A stretch of 64,000 bases of DNA from Kiritimatiellia bacterium (GCA_040767085.1 JAXGPF010000003.1:480001-544000); one strand, 5' to 3'. Counted from the first letter of the stretch, positions 29,132-39,903 are shown. Made by a program: numbers and translations. The notes: generated by a model not told the origin, from the sequence alone.

Positions 29132-31654
29132 TCACTGAATCACTATCTCGGTCATCATTCCGCCGTAATCTTCCGCCCCGTTGCAAAGGTCTTCCACGTC
29201 GGTGGAATACAACATATAGGTTCCAACCGGCACCCCGGCTGTGTCCAGGATGGCATCACAGGCTTCGCCGCCGCCCAAAGTGACCGACATGGTCCGGTAA
29301 TAGAGGTTGGCGCCGAGCAGCGGCCCGGCGCCATCCGGGTCGGAACCGCGCAGCAGCCGGGCGGAGCGGCCGACGACGAGCATGGGCAGGCCGAGCACCG
29401 TTACGGTATGATACTTGACGGTATCCAGGCTCGAGAGCCGCAGCAGGATTTTCTGGCCTTGTTTGGCGACAATCAAGGCCGGCAGCTTTTGGGCGTCAAA
29501 GCCATTGACATTGGCGATATAACCCGGGTTGATGGTGTCCGGATACCCGCGTCCGTTGATCCAGGGATAATCGTCCTTCATCATGGAAAACGACAACGGC
29601 TGGACGTCGATGCTCTGGTCGTGAAATCTGCTGTCGAACCCGCCGAGTTGCAGGAGGTAATCGACGTCGTAATGCGTTGACCCGTCGCCGTCGTTATACG
29701 CATACCGGTACCCGTTGGAATGGACGAAGCCGCCGCCCAGCACGGTTCCGTCGGGCAGGTTGTTTTGAATCGGATCCACGGACACATTTCCCAGCATCCC
29801 CATTTGCATATGTTCGGTGGCTTCCACGTGGCAGTGGTACATGAACGTGCCGGGCTCAACGATCTCATAGTAATACGTCAGCGTGCCGCCCATGTTGATG
29901 GCGATGGACCCCATCGGCTCGCCGTCAAAGATCGTCGCCGCATTGGGGAAGCCATGGAAGTGCACGGTATGCGGATCGAACAAGTCGGGACGCATCAGCA
30001 TGCCCACGTTGCTCAGGCGCAGGAAGACGCGCTGCCCTTCCTTGAACCGCAGGGTCGGCCCGGATAATTCCGCCGCCAGCATGCCGGCCATCATTTTCCG
30101 GTCCGGCGGGATGCCGGTAAGGTCCGAGAAACCGAAGCAATAGAAATCGCGTCCGTCGCCGCCCTTGATAAATCCATCGCCCGCCCCCAGGTGAACGTTG
30201 ACATAGTCGTTGCTGACGTTGCCGTCGCCGTCCGTGTCAATGCCGTCCAGGTCAGGCACGTAATCGGCCGGGACGCCGAAATATGCGCTGCTCACGTAAT
30301 TACCCACCGCCGCCCCGACAACCAGGCCATTGCTGTTGCCGAACGAGAAATGTATCCCGGCCCAGAGCCGGGAATCGGCGGCTTCCCGCGCCGCCTGCCC
30401 AAAACCGGTATACATCCGGTTGGTGGACATCATGTTGTAAGGCCGGACGGTAAACGCCATGGCATCCGTGCCGAAAAAATTTGACAACACGGCGGCCGCC
30501 GCCGCGCTGAAAAGGCTGTGCGCCGACACGTACTCGGGAAAACGGGGCGTATTGGTGACATACGGAACCCAGTTGGCATCGGCCGCGGTCAAAGGATTGC
30601 CGTCGGTTTCGGCCGCCCGGATTGCCGTAATGGGCCGCCAGGCGTTGTAATGGTATTTGGCGTCCCAGGCGCTGATGCCGGCGTCCGCCAAAGCCACATT
30701 GAGCTGCGCAAACAGGCGCGCGCTATCGGCCAGCCCCAGATTGGTGGCAACCGACCGGGCGATTTCATTCCACCGCCCGACAGTCGTCGCCGTCCCGGGC
30801 ATATCCACCCAGAACCAGACGATTTTGGGCTGCTCGGCATTGGTCCAGACCACGTTGGTCGAATACTGCCTGACTTCTTCCAGGGCGGCGGCATACTCGG
30901 CGCCCGCCAGCGGCGGCGGCGGCGGCGGGCGGAATTGGCCGCCACCCGTCATGGCAAACGGCATGACCATGGCCCAGTGGGGCATCATGGCCGGCTGATA
31001 GTCCGGGAAAGTCGGCTGCCAATCCCCGGCGTTGGTGCCCGGAACATAGGGCGTCATATTGGTGGACATCGCGGACATGTCATCCGCCCGCATGGCCACG
31101 ATTTGCCGGCCCACGTAGTTTCCGAGCACCATCCCGTTGGTACGGGCCTGGGCATCCGGCTCCGCCGCCAGCGAGGCGGCCAGGGCGGCGTCCAGGGCCG
31201 CGATGTTGTTGGTATAGAGCGCGGTCAGGACGGCATGCGCGGCGGCGGCGGCGGCGGCCGGGGTGGAACAAGGTTGCCGGGGGGTGACCGACACCATGTA
31301 GGCCGCGCGCGACCGGTCAATGGAATTGACCGCATCATACATGGCGGCATGGGTCATGGCCAGCGACCGGGACGCCGTAATGGCCATCTGTTGATTGCCG
31401 GCAATCAGCGACACCGCGATGACATTCCAGTTCGAGACCACATCCGCGCCAGCCGCGGTTACCAGCATTCCGGCCGCTACGGCCATGCGCGCCAGCCTGG
31501 CGGCGGGCGTTGCTGAAACACGCGCCTGGACAGGCGCGCGCCACACGCGTCCGAACCGCCGCCCTGCCCCGCGGCCGGCAGCAGGCGCCGGCCAGACATG
31601 CTTTAAAATACCGCTAACGGCATTGCGCGTGTGCATATTCATCCCTATGTTCAT
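29132..31654 (-). CDS. Fusion: vanadium-haloperoxidase/PAP2 domain + two-domain multicopper-oxidase-like module 'A' (T1 site in domain 1)
   Basis: KYHYNAWRP, PEYVSAHS, SRLWAGIHF, then PHTVHFHG and YHCHVEATEHMQM. GGAGG RBS and ATGA overlap at 31651-31654. Confidence 0.88.
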   Translation of the reverse strand: MNIGMNMHTRNAVSGILKHVWPAPAAGRGAGRRFGRVWRAPVQARVSATPAARLARMAVAAGMLVTAAGADVVSNWNVIAVSLIAGNQQMAITASRSLAMTHAAMYDAVNSIDRSRAAYMVSVTPRQPCSTPAAAAAAAHAVLTALYTNNIAALDAALAASLAAEPDAQARTNGMVLGNYVGRQIVAMRADDMSAMSTNMTPYVPGTNAGDWQPTFPDYQPAMMPHWAMVMPFAMTGGGQFRPPPPPPLAGAEYAAALEEVRQYSTNVVWTNAEQPKIVWFWVDMPGTATTVGRWNEIARSVATNLGLADSARLFAQLNVALADAGISAWDAKYHYNAWRPITAIRAAETDGNPLTAADANWVPYVTNTPRFPEYVSAHSLFSAAAAAVLSNFFGTDAMAFTVRPYNMMSTNRMYTGFGQAAREAADSRLWAGIHFSFGNSNGLVVGAAVGNYVSSAYFGVPADYVPDLDGIDTDGDGNVSNDYVNVHLGAGDGFIKGGDGRDFYCFGFSDLTGIPPDRKMMAGMLAAELSGPTLRFKEGQRVFLRLSNVGMLMRPDLFDPHTVHFHGFPNAATIFDGEPMGSIAINMGGTLTYYYEIVEPGTFMYHCHVEATEHMQMGMLGNVSVDPIQNNLPDGTVLGGGFVHSNGYRYAYNDGDGSTHYDVDYLLQLGGFDSRFHDQSIDVQPLSFSMMKDDYPWINGRGYPDTINPGYIANVNGFDAQKLPALIVAKQGQKILLRLSSLDTVKYHTVTVLGLPMLVVGRSARLLRGSDPDGAGPLLGANLYYRTMSVTLGGGEACDAILDTAGVPVGTYMLYSTDVEDLCNGAEDYGGMMTEIVIQ

Positions 31655-32648
31655 GGATTAACCTCCGCGTTTTCGGATTGATCCAATTCGATCCGATAAA
31701 ACAGCCGATCCGGCAAATCCGGAAGATTGTCCACCCGGTTCAACGGTTGGTCGGCCGGCAAATGTTCCATGACGGGTACATAGCCGCCGCTCTCGATATC
31801 CGCGGTACGGGTGATATCATACGCCTTGCCCCAGACACTTTGCCATTGGAGCCGGATACCATCCCCCCCGCGCTCAACGGCGGTAATCCGCAGCAGCGAT
31901 TCCGCGTCGCGCGGATCGGTTCCGGCATAATATTCATCCAGGTCGCGGAATCCGTCGCCATCCGCGTCCGAGACAGCCGTCACGACAAGCCCGAACGCTC
32001 TTTCCCAGTAATCCGGCGCGCGGTTGCCGTTGGCATCCACATACTCGTCGGCGCCAATATCGGCGGCCGCGTCCATCGGCCGCGGCTCGCCGTCATAATC
32101 CAGGGCCAGCGCCGGAAAATCCCCGATCAACCGGCCGCCGCCCTGGCCGATGGCGGGCGAAAACTCCGTCAGGTGATAATCGCCACGCAAGCCGATCGGA
32201 TGCATTTTCACCGAGATACTGTTGCCGCCTTCGTCCAGGACGGTGGCCGACTGCAAGGAATTGACAAAGCCGGCCGCGAAGCGCGGCGCGGCGGACAGGT
32301 TGGAGGCGTCATAGCCCGCGGTATCGGTCAGCAGGCAATCGCGCGGATGCAATACCCATCCCGGGCCGTCGGCCACGTGCAAATCCCAATAAGGCTGCGC
32401 GGGATTGGTGGCCAGGCCGCCGGCGCCGCCATGCATGGATGCGTCGTTGTAGAACGACCGGTTGCGCCAGATAATATTATCCTCCAGCACCGGGTCGGCA
32501 TGGAATTGGCCGGCGGCATTGGTCAACGCCGGGCTGTGCGCATGGGCCACCAGCCCGGCGCCCTGCGGGACCGAGTTCAACGCGCCCGGCGGAAAGGCCA
32601 GTTCCGCGGTGGCGGTGCTGTCATTATTGGCGATGGTATTGTTGATAA

Positions 32649-34182
32649 GGCTCCTAACCAGAATTTGTGGGTAAAAAACAGGTTTTAAAGTTTAAGAAGT
32701 TCTCCAAGCAATGGCGCCAAAAGATGGTGGAGTTATTAACAGCCTGCCGCTTTGGGCGTTTGGCGGCCCCGCAGCAGCCTGATTAATAACTCCTGATTGG
32801 CGCGATGGCGGAACGGAGATAAAGCGGCGGCAAAAAAATAGGCTGGCCTTTCCGTAATCCATTGCGTATGCAATGGGTGAACACAAAAAAAGGAGGACCA
32901 GCCCAAGGTGAAACTTAAAACAATTTTGAATCGTTTGCAACCTTTGAAACGTTTTATTTATCAGGAAACTTGTATGGTTTTGGATCGTCGCGGCCAATGG
33001 AAAGTGGATATAAGCATTCGTCCGCATCGCCAACGCGCGGCATGCTGCTCGCGTTGCGGGCGACCGCTGGCGACATACGACACTCTGCCTGAACGGATAT
33101 GGGCGTTTGTGCCCATTTTGAATGTGCCGGCTTTTTTGCATTATAGTCCGCGCCGGGTAAATTGCCCCGAACATGGCGTGGTGGTGGAAGCGCTGCCTTG
33201 GAGCGATGGCAAACGACCCTACAGCAAGGCGCTGATGCTTTTTTTGGGGAACTGGGCGCGGAGGTTGTCCTGGAAAGAGACGGCGCTGATTTTCAAAGTC
33301 AGTTGGCAGGCGGTTTATCGGTCGGTCGAGTGGATGGTGGAATGGGGCTTGGCGCACCGGGAATTGGCCAATATAACGGCGATTGGTGTTGATGAACTCC
33401 ACGTAGGCAACGGTAAAAAGAGCAAGAACTATCTGACCTTGATCTATCAGATTGATGCGCAATGCCGCCGATTGCTCTGGGTCGGCCAAACCCGCCGGGC
33501 GGCCGCGCTGCGTAAAGGGTTGCAATCTTTGGGAAAACCCGTGCTGGCCGGCATTCGACATATATGTAGCGATATGTGGCGACCTTATCTGAAAGTCATT
33601 GCTGCGAGCCTCAGCCACGGTTGCCACATGATTGACCGCTTCCATGTCGTGCAAACCTTGAATGCCGCCGTGGACGAGGTCCGGCGCCGGGATATGGCGG
33701 CGATGACAGCGCGTCCGGCGGCCAAGCAAAAACTCAAGAAAATGCGCTGGACCTTGCTGCGCCGCAAAACCCGCGTGCGCGGCAAAGCTCGCGAAATGCT
33801 TGATCGGATATTGGGCACAAGACTGCAAACCGGCCGCGCCTATTTGTTCAAGGAAAGCTTTCAGCATTTTTGGAGCTATCACAGCCCAACCTGGGCGCGT
33901 AATTATCTCCAGGCATGGGTCAAGCGCGCCTGTCGTAGCCGCATTGCGCCAATCATTAAGGCGGCTAAAACCATTGCTAAACACGAGGAGCTGCTTTTGA
34001 ACTGGATCAGAGCCAGAAACGAGGTTTTTACTGGCGCAACCGAGGGCTTGAACAATAAAGCTCGAGTGGTTACCAAACGATCTTATGGCTTCAGAACTTT
34101 TCATGGCGCGGAAATGGCGCTATATCATACCCTTGGGCAATTGCCCGAACCGGTAATCACCCACAAATTCTGGTGAGGAAAC
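32649..34182 (+). mobile_element. ISL3-family insertion sequence, copy 2 (1534 bp)
   Basis: Same terminal IRs as copy 1; 8-bp target duplication GTTGATAA at 32641-32648 and 34183-34190; all ORF translations identical to copy 1. Confidence 0.95.
32908..34176 (+). CDS. ISL3-family transposase
   Basis: Translation identical to 6151-7419; GTG start with AGGAGG RBS. Confidence 0.95.
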   Translation: MKLKTILNRLQPLKRFIYQETCMVLDRRGQWKVDISIRPHRQRAACCSRCGRPLATYDTLPERIWAFVPILNVPAFLHYSPRRVNCPEHGVVVEALPWSDGKRPYSKALMLFLGNWARRLSWKETALIFKVSWQAVYRSVEWMVEWGLAHRELANITAIGVDELHVGNGKKSKNYLTLIYQIDAQCRRLLWVGQTRRAAALRKGLQSLGKPVLAGIRHICSDMWRPYLKVIAASLSHGCHMIDRFHVVQTLNAAVDEVRRRDMAAMTARPAAKQKLKKMRWTLLRRKTRVRGKAREMLDRILGTRLQTGRAYLFKESFQHFWSYHSPTWARNYLQAWVKRACRSRIAPIIKAAKTIAKHEELLLNWIRARNEVFTGATEGLNNKARVVTKRSYGFRTFHGAEMALYHTLGQLPEPVITHKFW

Positions 34183-37100
34183 GTTGATAATATAGCACCT
34201 CGCCGCATCCTGCAGCGATACGCCGCCGCCGGCATAGCCGGCAACATTATTAACGATGATGTTATTGAAGAGATTCAGGGCATGCCACAGATTGGTCTGG
34301 CCCGGGCTGGCCTGGACATCCTGGCCGTTGAAATGCGCGGCCCGAATGCCGCCGCCATGCTGGCCGCCCGCAAGATTGCCCTGGATCAGGTTGTTCCGCA
34401 CGGTGATGGTTCCGGCGCCGGGAGTAACCAGGCCCACCGGCGGCGCTTCACCCGCCAGGTAGAGGCCGCCGCCCGCGCCGCCAATATTGGCGGCATAAAA
34501 CACTTCGTTGGCCACAATCCGGTTCCCGACAATCAGGCCGTTGGTGCTCAACCCTTCATGGCAGATACCGGCGCCATTGCCGCGCGTCAGGTTGCCGACC
34601 ACCGTGTTGTTGGTGATCGTGTAATTGGCCGAGCCGGCAAACACGGCGATGCCGCCGCCGCCGGTGATGCCGGCGTTTTTCAGCACCATGTTGTCATGGA
34701 TGACAATCCCGTCATTATCCGCGGGCAGGCCGGTATCGGGTATGCCCAGCGCGATGCCGCCGGCGAATTGGCCCTGATTGCCCTGAATCCGGTTATTACC
34801 GATGCGCAGACCGTGAATAGCACCGGGAACATGAATGCCGCCGCCCATCAGCGAGCCGTAAATCGTGAACCCGTCAATGCGCGCTTGGTTGCCGGACGCG
34901 AAAGGATGCCCGGCGACGTCGCCCAGCACCAGCACACCCGGACACTCGCTGGCGGCAAACGGATCGGCGCCCGGCGTGCCGAGCAGTTCCTGCACCTTGG
35001 TATGCCACGCGGGAATGCGGTCGCTCGGAACCGGATTGGCATTGATGATCGTCGAAGGCGCGCCGGCGCCCTGCAGCCGGACAGGTTTCCAGAGGATGAC
35101 GTTTTCGTCATACACGCCGGGGTGCACAAGAATCAGGTCGCCGGCCGCGGCGGCATCCACGGCATCCTGGATCGGATGCGCCGGATAACCGGCCGGATAT
35201 ACATGGCGCACGGCCGCGCCGCTTTCGAACGTCGTTAAAGTTACGCCCATGGGCGAAAGCCGTCCGTTATCCCCGCGCCGGACCAGCAGTTGCCCGCTGG
35301 GGGCGCCCGCCGGAACACGCGCCTCGATCGAACCATCGCTCCACGACAACACCGTCAGCGGAACCTGTCCGACCGTCACTTGCCCGGGCACGCCGCCGAA
35401 TCCATAGTCGCGGGTGATATACGGCGGCAGGTTCGATGTCGTCAGGTAATAGTCGGGGTTGGGAACCATCGAGGGCCCGACGGAGACGATCGTTAATACG
35501 CCGGTGGAACTGGCGGCGAGGGCGCCGCCGGCCGGCCCGGCGACGGAGTGGATGATCGGGGTGCGATCCGGCGCCTCAACATCCAGCTTGCGATACCGGT
35601 CGCCGACGAACGCCGCCAGGGGGACAATCGGCGTATCGAGATAGGTGGTCATCGCCGGATAATATTGGAAGGTCCAGGGAGTCTGGCTGTAATTGGGATC
35701 GTAAAAAGGATCCACGATCCGCATACCAGGATGGTTCGGATCCGGCATGGTGGGCTTGTTGATGACCAGGGTCAACATGCTGGGTGACACCCCGCTGGGC
35801 GAGGGAACGTTAACCGTAATCGTGGATGGGAGCAGCGCATTGTAACCGCCGAACTCGTCCGTATAAACGCGCAAGATTTCGTGGCCGGCATAATCCTCAA
35901 AAGCCACCGGCAGCCAGGCCGGCGCGGCTTTCTCGCCATAAACCGGGCTGGTTGGATCGAATTCCGCGGCAAGATCGTTGTTGACGAAGCCGACGGCGCG
36001 CGCCGCTTTGGGGACCTCGGTAAAAAGAAAGAAATTGACGCCCGGATTCCCACCCTCCGCGAGTTTAACCTGCTTGCGGTCGGGACCCCGCAAGGTCCGG
36101 CCGGCCAGCGGCGCCGGCGTCCCGGGAAACAGGGTGAGTTCCGGCGGCACGACATAAGGATCGCCCACGCAAAGCGGCGTTGCCAATGGCAGGGCAGTCT
36201 TGGCCGGGGTATAGTTATCACCGTAATCCACGTTTTTATCCTGGGATTTGAAATGAAGGTAGCCCGGCGGCGCGGCCGCCTCCACAATATACGCGCCCGG
36301 GGGCAGTCCTTCCACTTCAGACCCGGCAGAATCGGCCATGCCGCCTGGAAAATAAGAAACAAAGGCATAGCCGCCGTTAAACACGCCCGGGCGGACTTGA
36401 TTCCAGGTCCCATAACCGTCGAATCCCGGCACAACCCGTTGCCCATGGATCACCGGCGCATTGGTCATGATGCTGCCCTCCGGCGGGCTGTCATCCCAAC
36501 TGTCCGTCTGCGTAATTTGCAGCGCGTCGCCGGGATCGAAAACCCCGTTGCTATTGCGATCCACGTCCTCCAAACCCTTGGCGCCGCCGGCCTGCCACTC
36601 GAAAGGATAATTATCCACATCGGCCAGGGTGGCCCGGCCATCCTGATCGCAGTCGTCAATGACGCCATCCTCGTCGCCATCGCCGTAAAGCGCCACTTGC
36701 ACACGCGGGATTCCGGGTTCCCACGGTTCCGCCGCCGCCTCCTGGGGATCGTTTTCGGCGCGGGTGGTGTTGTAATGGACAATCCCGGAAATTCCACCGT
36801 TCTCGCCGGCGGCATAGTCCGTCTTGCCCCAGTCAATGATATTGTTCTGGTTAAGAAACAGCATGATGGCCTCGGTCAATACCGGGCCGGTTTCCGTCCG
36901 CGACAGGTTGTTGCCGGTGTTGGGATTGACGATCGGCTGGCCGTAATCGGGGGAATTGGTGTCCATGTTGACCTGGGGTTGCGGAGTGAGTTTGTTGCGG
37001 GAGGGCATCGCCCACCCGTTGTCGGGCAACACCTCGCCGCCATCGTCAATAATGGCGGTCATACCGGTAGCCTTATACCGCGCAAAATCCACCTCCGCGA

Positions 37101-38586
37101 CCAGCCATTTAAAGAAGGGAAACACCTCGCTGAAGCTGTAATTCCCCGCGCCGTCCGTCACCCGGCCCTGGTAAATGCTGCCGTCGCGGAAACGCAGATT
37201 GACCGCCTGGCCGACAATGCCGGCCTCGCCGGGATCGCGGAATCCATCCTGATCGGCATCGTAGAAAACCGATCCTTCCAGCGCGCCGAACCAGCGGAAA
37301 CACAGGACATTGCCCAGATCGACATCCGCTCCGTTGGTGACCGTGAAGGTGTTGAAGCCGAATAACGCATCCAACGGCATGTCCCAGGTTACCAGTTGAT
37401 AGCTGCCCGGCGGCACGTTGGTGATGACGAACATGCTGTCAGCATCGCAAGGAGCGGCATATAGTCCAACCGGGGCCGCGGCCGGACCGTTCAAACCGAT
37501 CCAGCCGTCCGGTACCGGTTCGCCCGGGAAAAACCCCTGGTTTTTAGGCGGCTTGGAAAAATGGTTGTAAACCAGCCGGCCGCGTACCCGCCCGTTGTCC
37601 GCGGCCGCTGGCGGCGGATTAGTAACCCAAGGAAGGCGCGCGCGATCCACGAACCCGAAGGCCACGTGTTTAAAGCCGCCGCCCCATCCCTCGATAAACA
37701 CCGCCGGCTCGTTGGCCTTAACCCAGGCGTCAATCACCATGGTGCCTTCGATGGTGGAAGTTTGGACCCACCCCGTCCCATCCGGCGGGATGACCGTTAC
37801 GCCATATTTACCCGGCGCCAGAAAACGCACGCGCGCGTCGCCGTTGGCGTCAGTTTGAATCACGCCGCTGCCCATCATATCCACGATATAATTGCCGTCG
37901 GCGTCCATCTCGTACTGGCCGCTGGCGTCCTGCCGGTAGGTGGTGCCCAGCGGATTGCCGAACGCGTCGGCCATCAGCGGCCCGCCCAGATCCGCCAGCA
38001 TGACTTTAAAGTTCGCCAGCCCCGGCTCGCCATTGTCATAAACATTATTGATCGGGTTGTGGTCCTGGAATACCAGGATCGAAATCTGCGCCGTGGGCAC
38101 CGGGTGCCGGTTGACGACAATCGTCGCGCCGGTTTGCCCGTTGGTAATCAGCGCCGAACCCAAGGTGTGCCCGGCATCGGGCAGAACCGAGACCAGGTAG
38201 CGGCCGGCGGACGGGACGGCGATATTGGCGGCCGCGCCGGCCGTATGCCCGGTGCTGACCAAGGGCGCATAGCTTTTATGGATAGCCAGCGAAATGCTGT
38301 CCGCCACCTGGGCGCCCGGAACGGTCACCGTTGTCGTATCCTCCTCCACCAGCCAGCGGAAACCGCTGACGGCGGCGCCGTTTTCGTCCACCACCTGCAA
38401 GGAAAACGCCGCGGATGACAGGGGGATTGCCGCGGAGACCGCCATGCCTAGTATCCAGGCCAGCACCGGCCATGGGCCCGGCATTCGAACAAGCCGATTA
38501 GCATACATATTTAATTCTCCTTAAAAACCGCCGTGACTGCGCCGGCCCAAAGGCCGGGGCCGGCGCCATAGTTCAACAAGGACGGA

Positions 38587-39903
38587 TTACCGCCCCGTGC
38601 CGGCCGGCTTGTAACCAGGGCCGCCCAGCATCACTCCCACTTCGGAGGCGTAATCCTGAGTGGACAGCAAGGCGCGCCAGGCGCCGGTGGTTTCCTGGTA
38701 AAGGGCCGGGTCCGCCAGACCATCCCCGTCGTAATCCGCCGGCGCCGGAATGAAGCCGGGACCGCCAAAGGCCAGGTCGGTGATGATTATGTCATCCAGG
38801 CTGGACAACAAGATCATCCAGGCGCCGGCGCTTTCCTGGTAAAGGGCCGGGTCCGCCAGACCATCCCCGTCGTAATCCGCCGGCACCGGGGTGAACCCGG
38901 GGCCGCCGAATGTGCCGGTGACCTCCTGATAATCATCGGCGGAAAGCATCCCGGCCCAAAGCCCGGTTGCTTCCTGATACAGGGCAGGATCTGTAATGCC
39001 GTCGCCATCGTAATCGGCGGCGACGGCCTTGTAACCGGGGCCGCCGAAGAACTGGGACACTTCCGCATACTGGTCATCCGACAGGCGCGCAGCCCACTGT
39101 CCGGTGAGTTCCTGGTAAACCGCCGGATCGGTCTTGCCGTCGCCGTCGTAATCGCCCTGGGCCGGGAGATAGCCCGGGCCGCCGACTTGGATGTAGCCGA
39201 CCGCCAATATCTGACTGCTCCACAGACCCGTGGATTTCTGGTACACCGCCAGGTCCGTAATCCGGTCGCCATTGTAATCGCCGGGAACCGGCAGATAGTC
39301 CGGGCCGCCAAACAGGCCGCCGGTTTGTTGGTAGCCGCTGCCTGAGAGCAGTAAATACCAGAATCCGGCGCTTTCATTGTAAACCACCAGGTCCATCAGG
39401 CCGTCGCCGTCATAATCGCCGAACGCACTGTCGCCCGCCGCGAAATTGCGCTGATATTCCATGGCCATCAATGTGCGCGGGGAAATATCCACCGTCACCG
39501 GCGTGGTAGCGCCGGGCAGGGGCGAAACCGACATGTCGCCGTAGCGGCTGATAATGGCCGCATCGCACGGGCCGGGGTCGGCGCAATTGTAGACCTTGAT
39601 ATAGAGATAGCCGCCTTCGTATTGGGTTCCGCTCCCGAATGTGCGCGGGCCAAAATTAAAACACCCCTCCAGCGTGGTGTAATCGCGCGCCAGCAGCACG
39701 GGATTCGCATAATTCGTCGCGGGCGTGTAATATAATTCCACCAGCGAGCCGCGCGGCAGATTGGCGTTAGCGCCCGGCGTGGCAGGATCGTTGAGGCCAT
39801 TGGAAGCCCGCCATTGCACGTTGATCCTGGCGGACGCCGCTAACGTCATCATTGCGTAAATCGCCGCGCAAGTGGCGGCGGCCGTTAAGGTTTTACTTTG
39901 CAT
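38587..39903 (-). CDS. Exported protein with C-terminal FG-GAP/VCBS-like repeats
   Basis: Signal peptide (MQSKTL..ASA); six GDYDGDG/ADYDGDG-type..DPAxY repeats separated by GGPG; RBS AGGAG. Confidence 0.85.
   Translation of the reverse strand: MQSKTLTAAATCAAIYAMMTLAASARINVQWRASNGLNDPATPGANANLPRGSLVELYYTPATNYANPVLLARDYTTLEGCFNFGPRTFGSGTQYEGGYLYIKVYNCADPGPCDAAIISRYGDMSVSPLPGATTPVTVDISPRTLMAMEYQRNFAAGDSAFGDYDGDGLMDLVVYNESAGFWYLLLSGSGYQQTGGLFGGPDYLPVPGDYNGDRITDLAVYQKSTGLWSSQILAVGYIQVGGPGYLPAQGDYDGDGKTDPAVYQELTGQWAARLSDDQYAEVSQFFGGPGYKAVAADYDGDGITDPALYQEATGLWAGMLSADDYQEVTGTFGGPGFTPVPADYDGDGLADPALYQESAGAWMILLSSLDDIIITDLAFGGPGFIPAPADYDGDGLADPALYQETTGAWRALLSTQDYASEVGVMLGGPGYKPAGTGR

Larger units (their letters stand above)
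31651..38508 (-). pseudogene. IS-interrupted ~1771-aa exported protein (SdrD-B-like/Ig, IPT/TIG, right-handed beta-helix, anchor-like C-terminus)
   Basis: Removing the IS and one GTTGATAA copy joins 38508-34183 in frame to 32640-31651 (..RCYIIN|NTIANND..). Motifs include GSVFYDADQDGFRDPGEAGI, SWSDGSIEARVP, IQDAVDAA..GDLILVHPGVY, GGG-rich beta-helix turns, DYHL..SPAI..DIGADE. Confidence 0.9.

Noticed and set aside
31450-31654. Twin-arginine (Tat) signal on the VHPO-MCO fusion (GRRFG)
   Set aside because: The RR is far from the hydrophobic stretch and does not fit the S/T-R-R-x-F-L-K consensus, so the export route is left undetermined.
38590-39430. Repeated DNA units (also 59490-60320) as a possible CRISPR array
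   Set aside because: They are degenerate in-frame FG-GAP-like protein repeats, not identical repeats with unique spacers; no cas genes are present.
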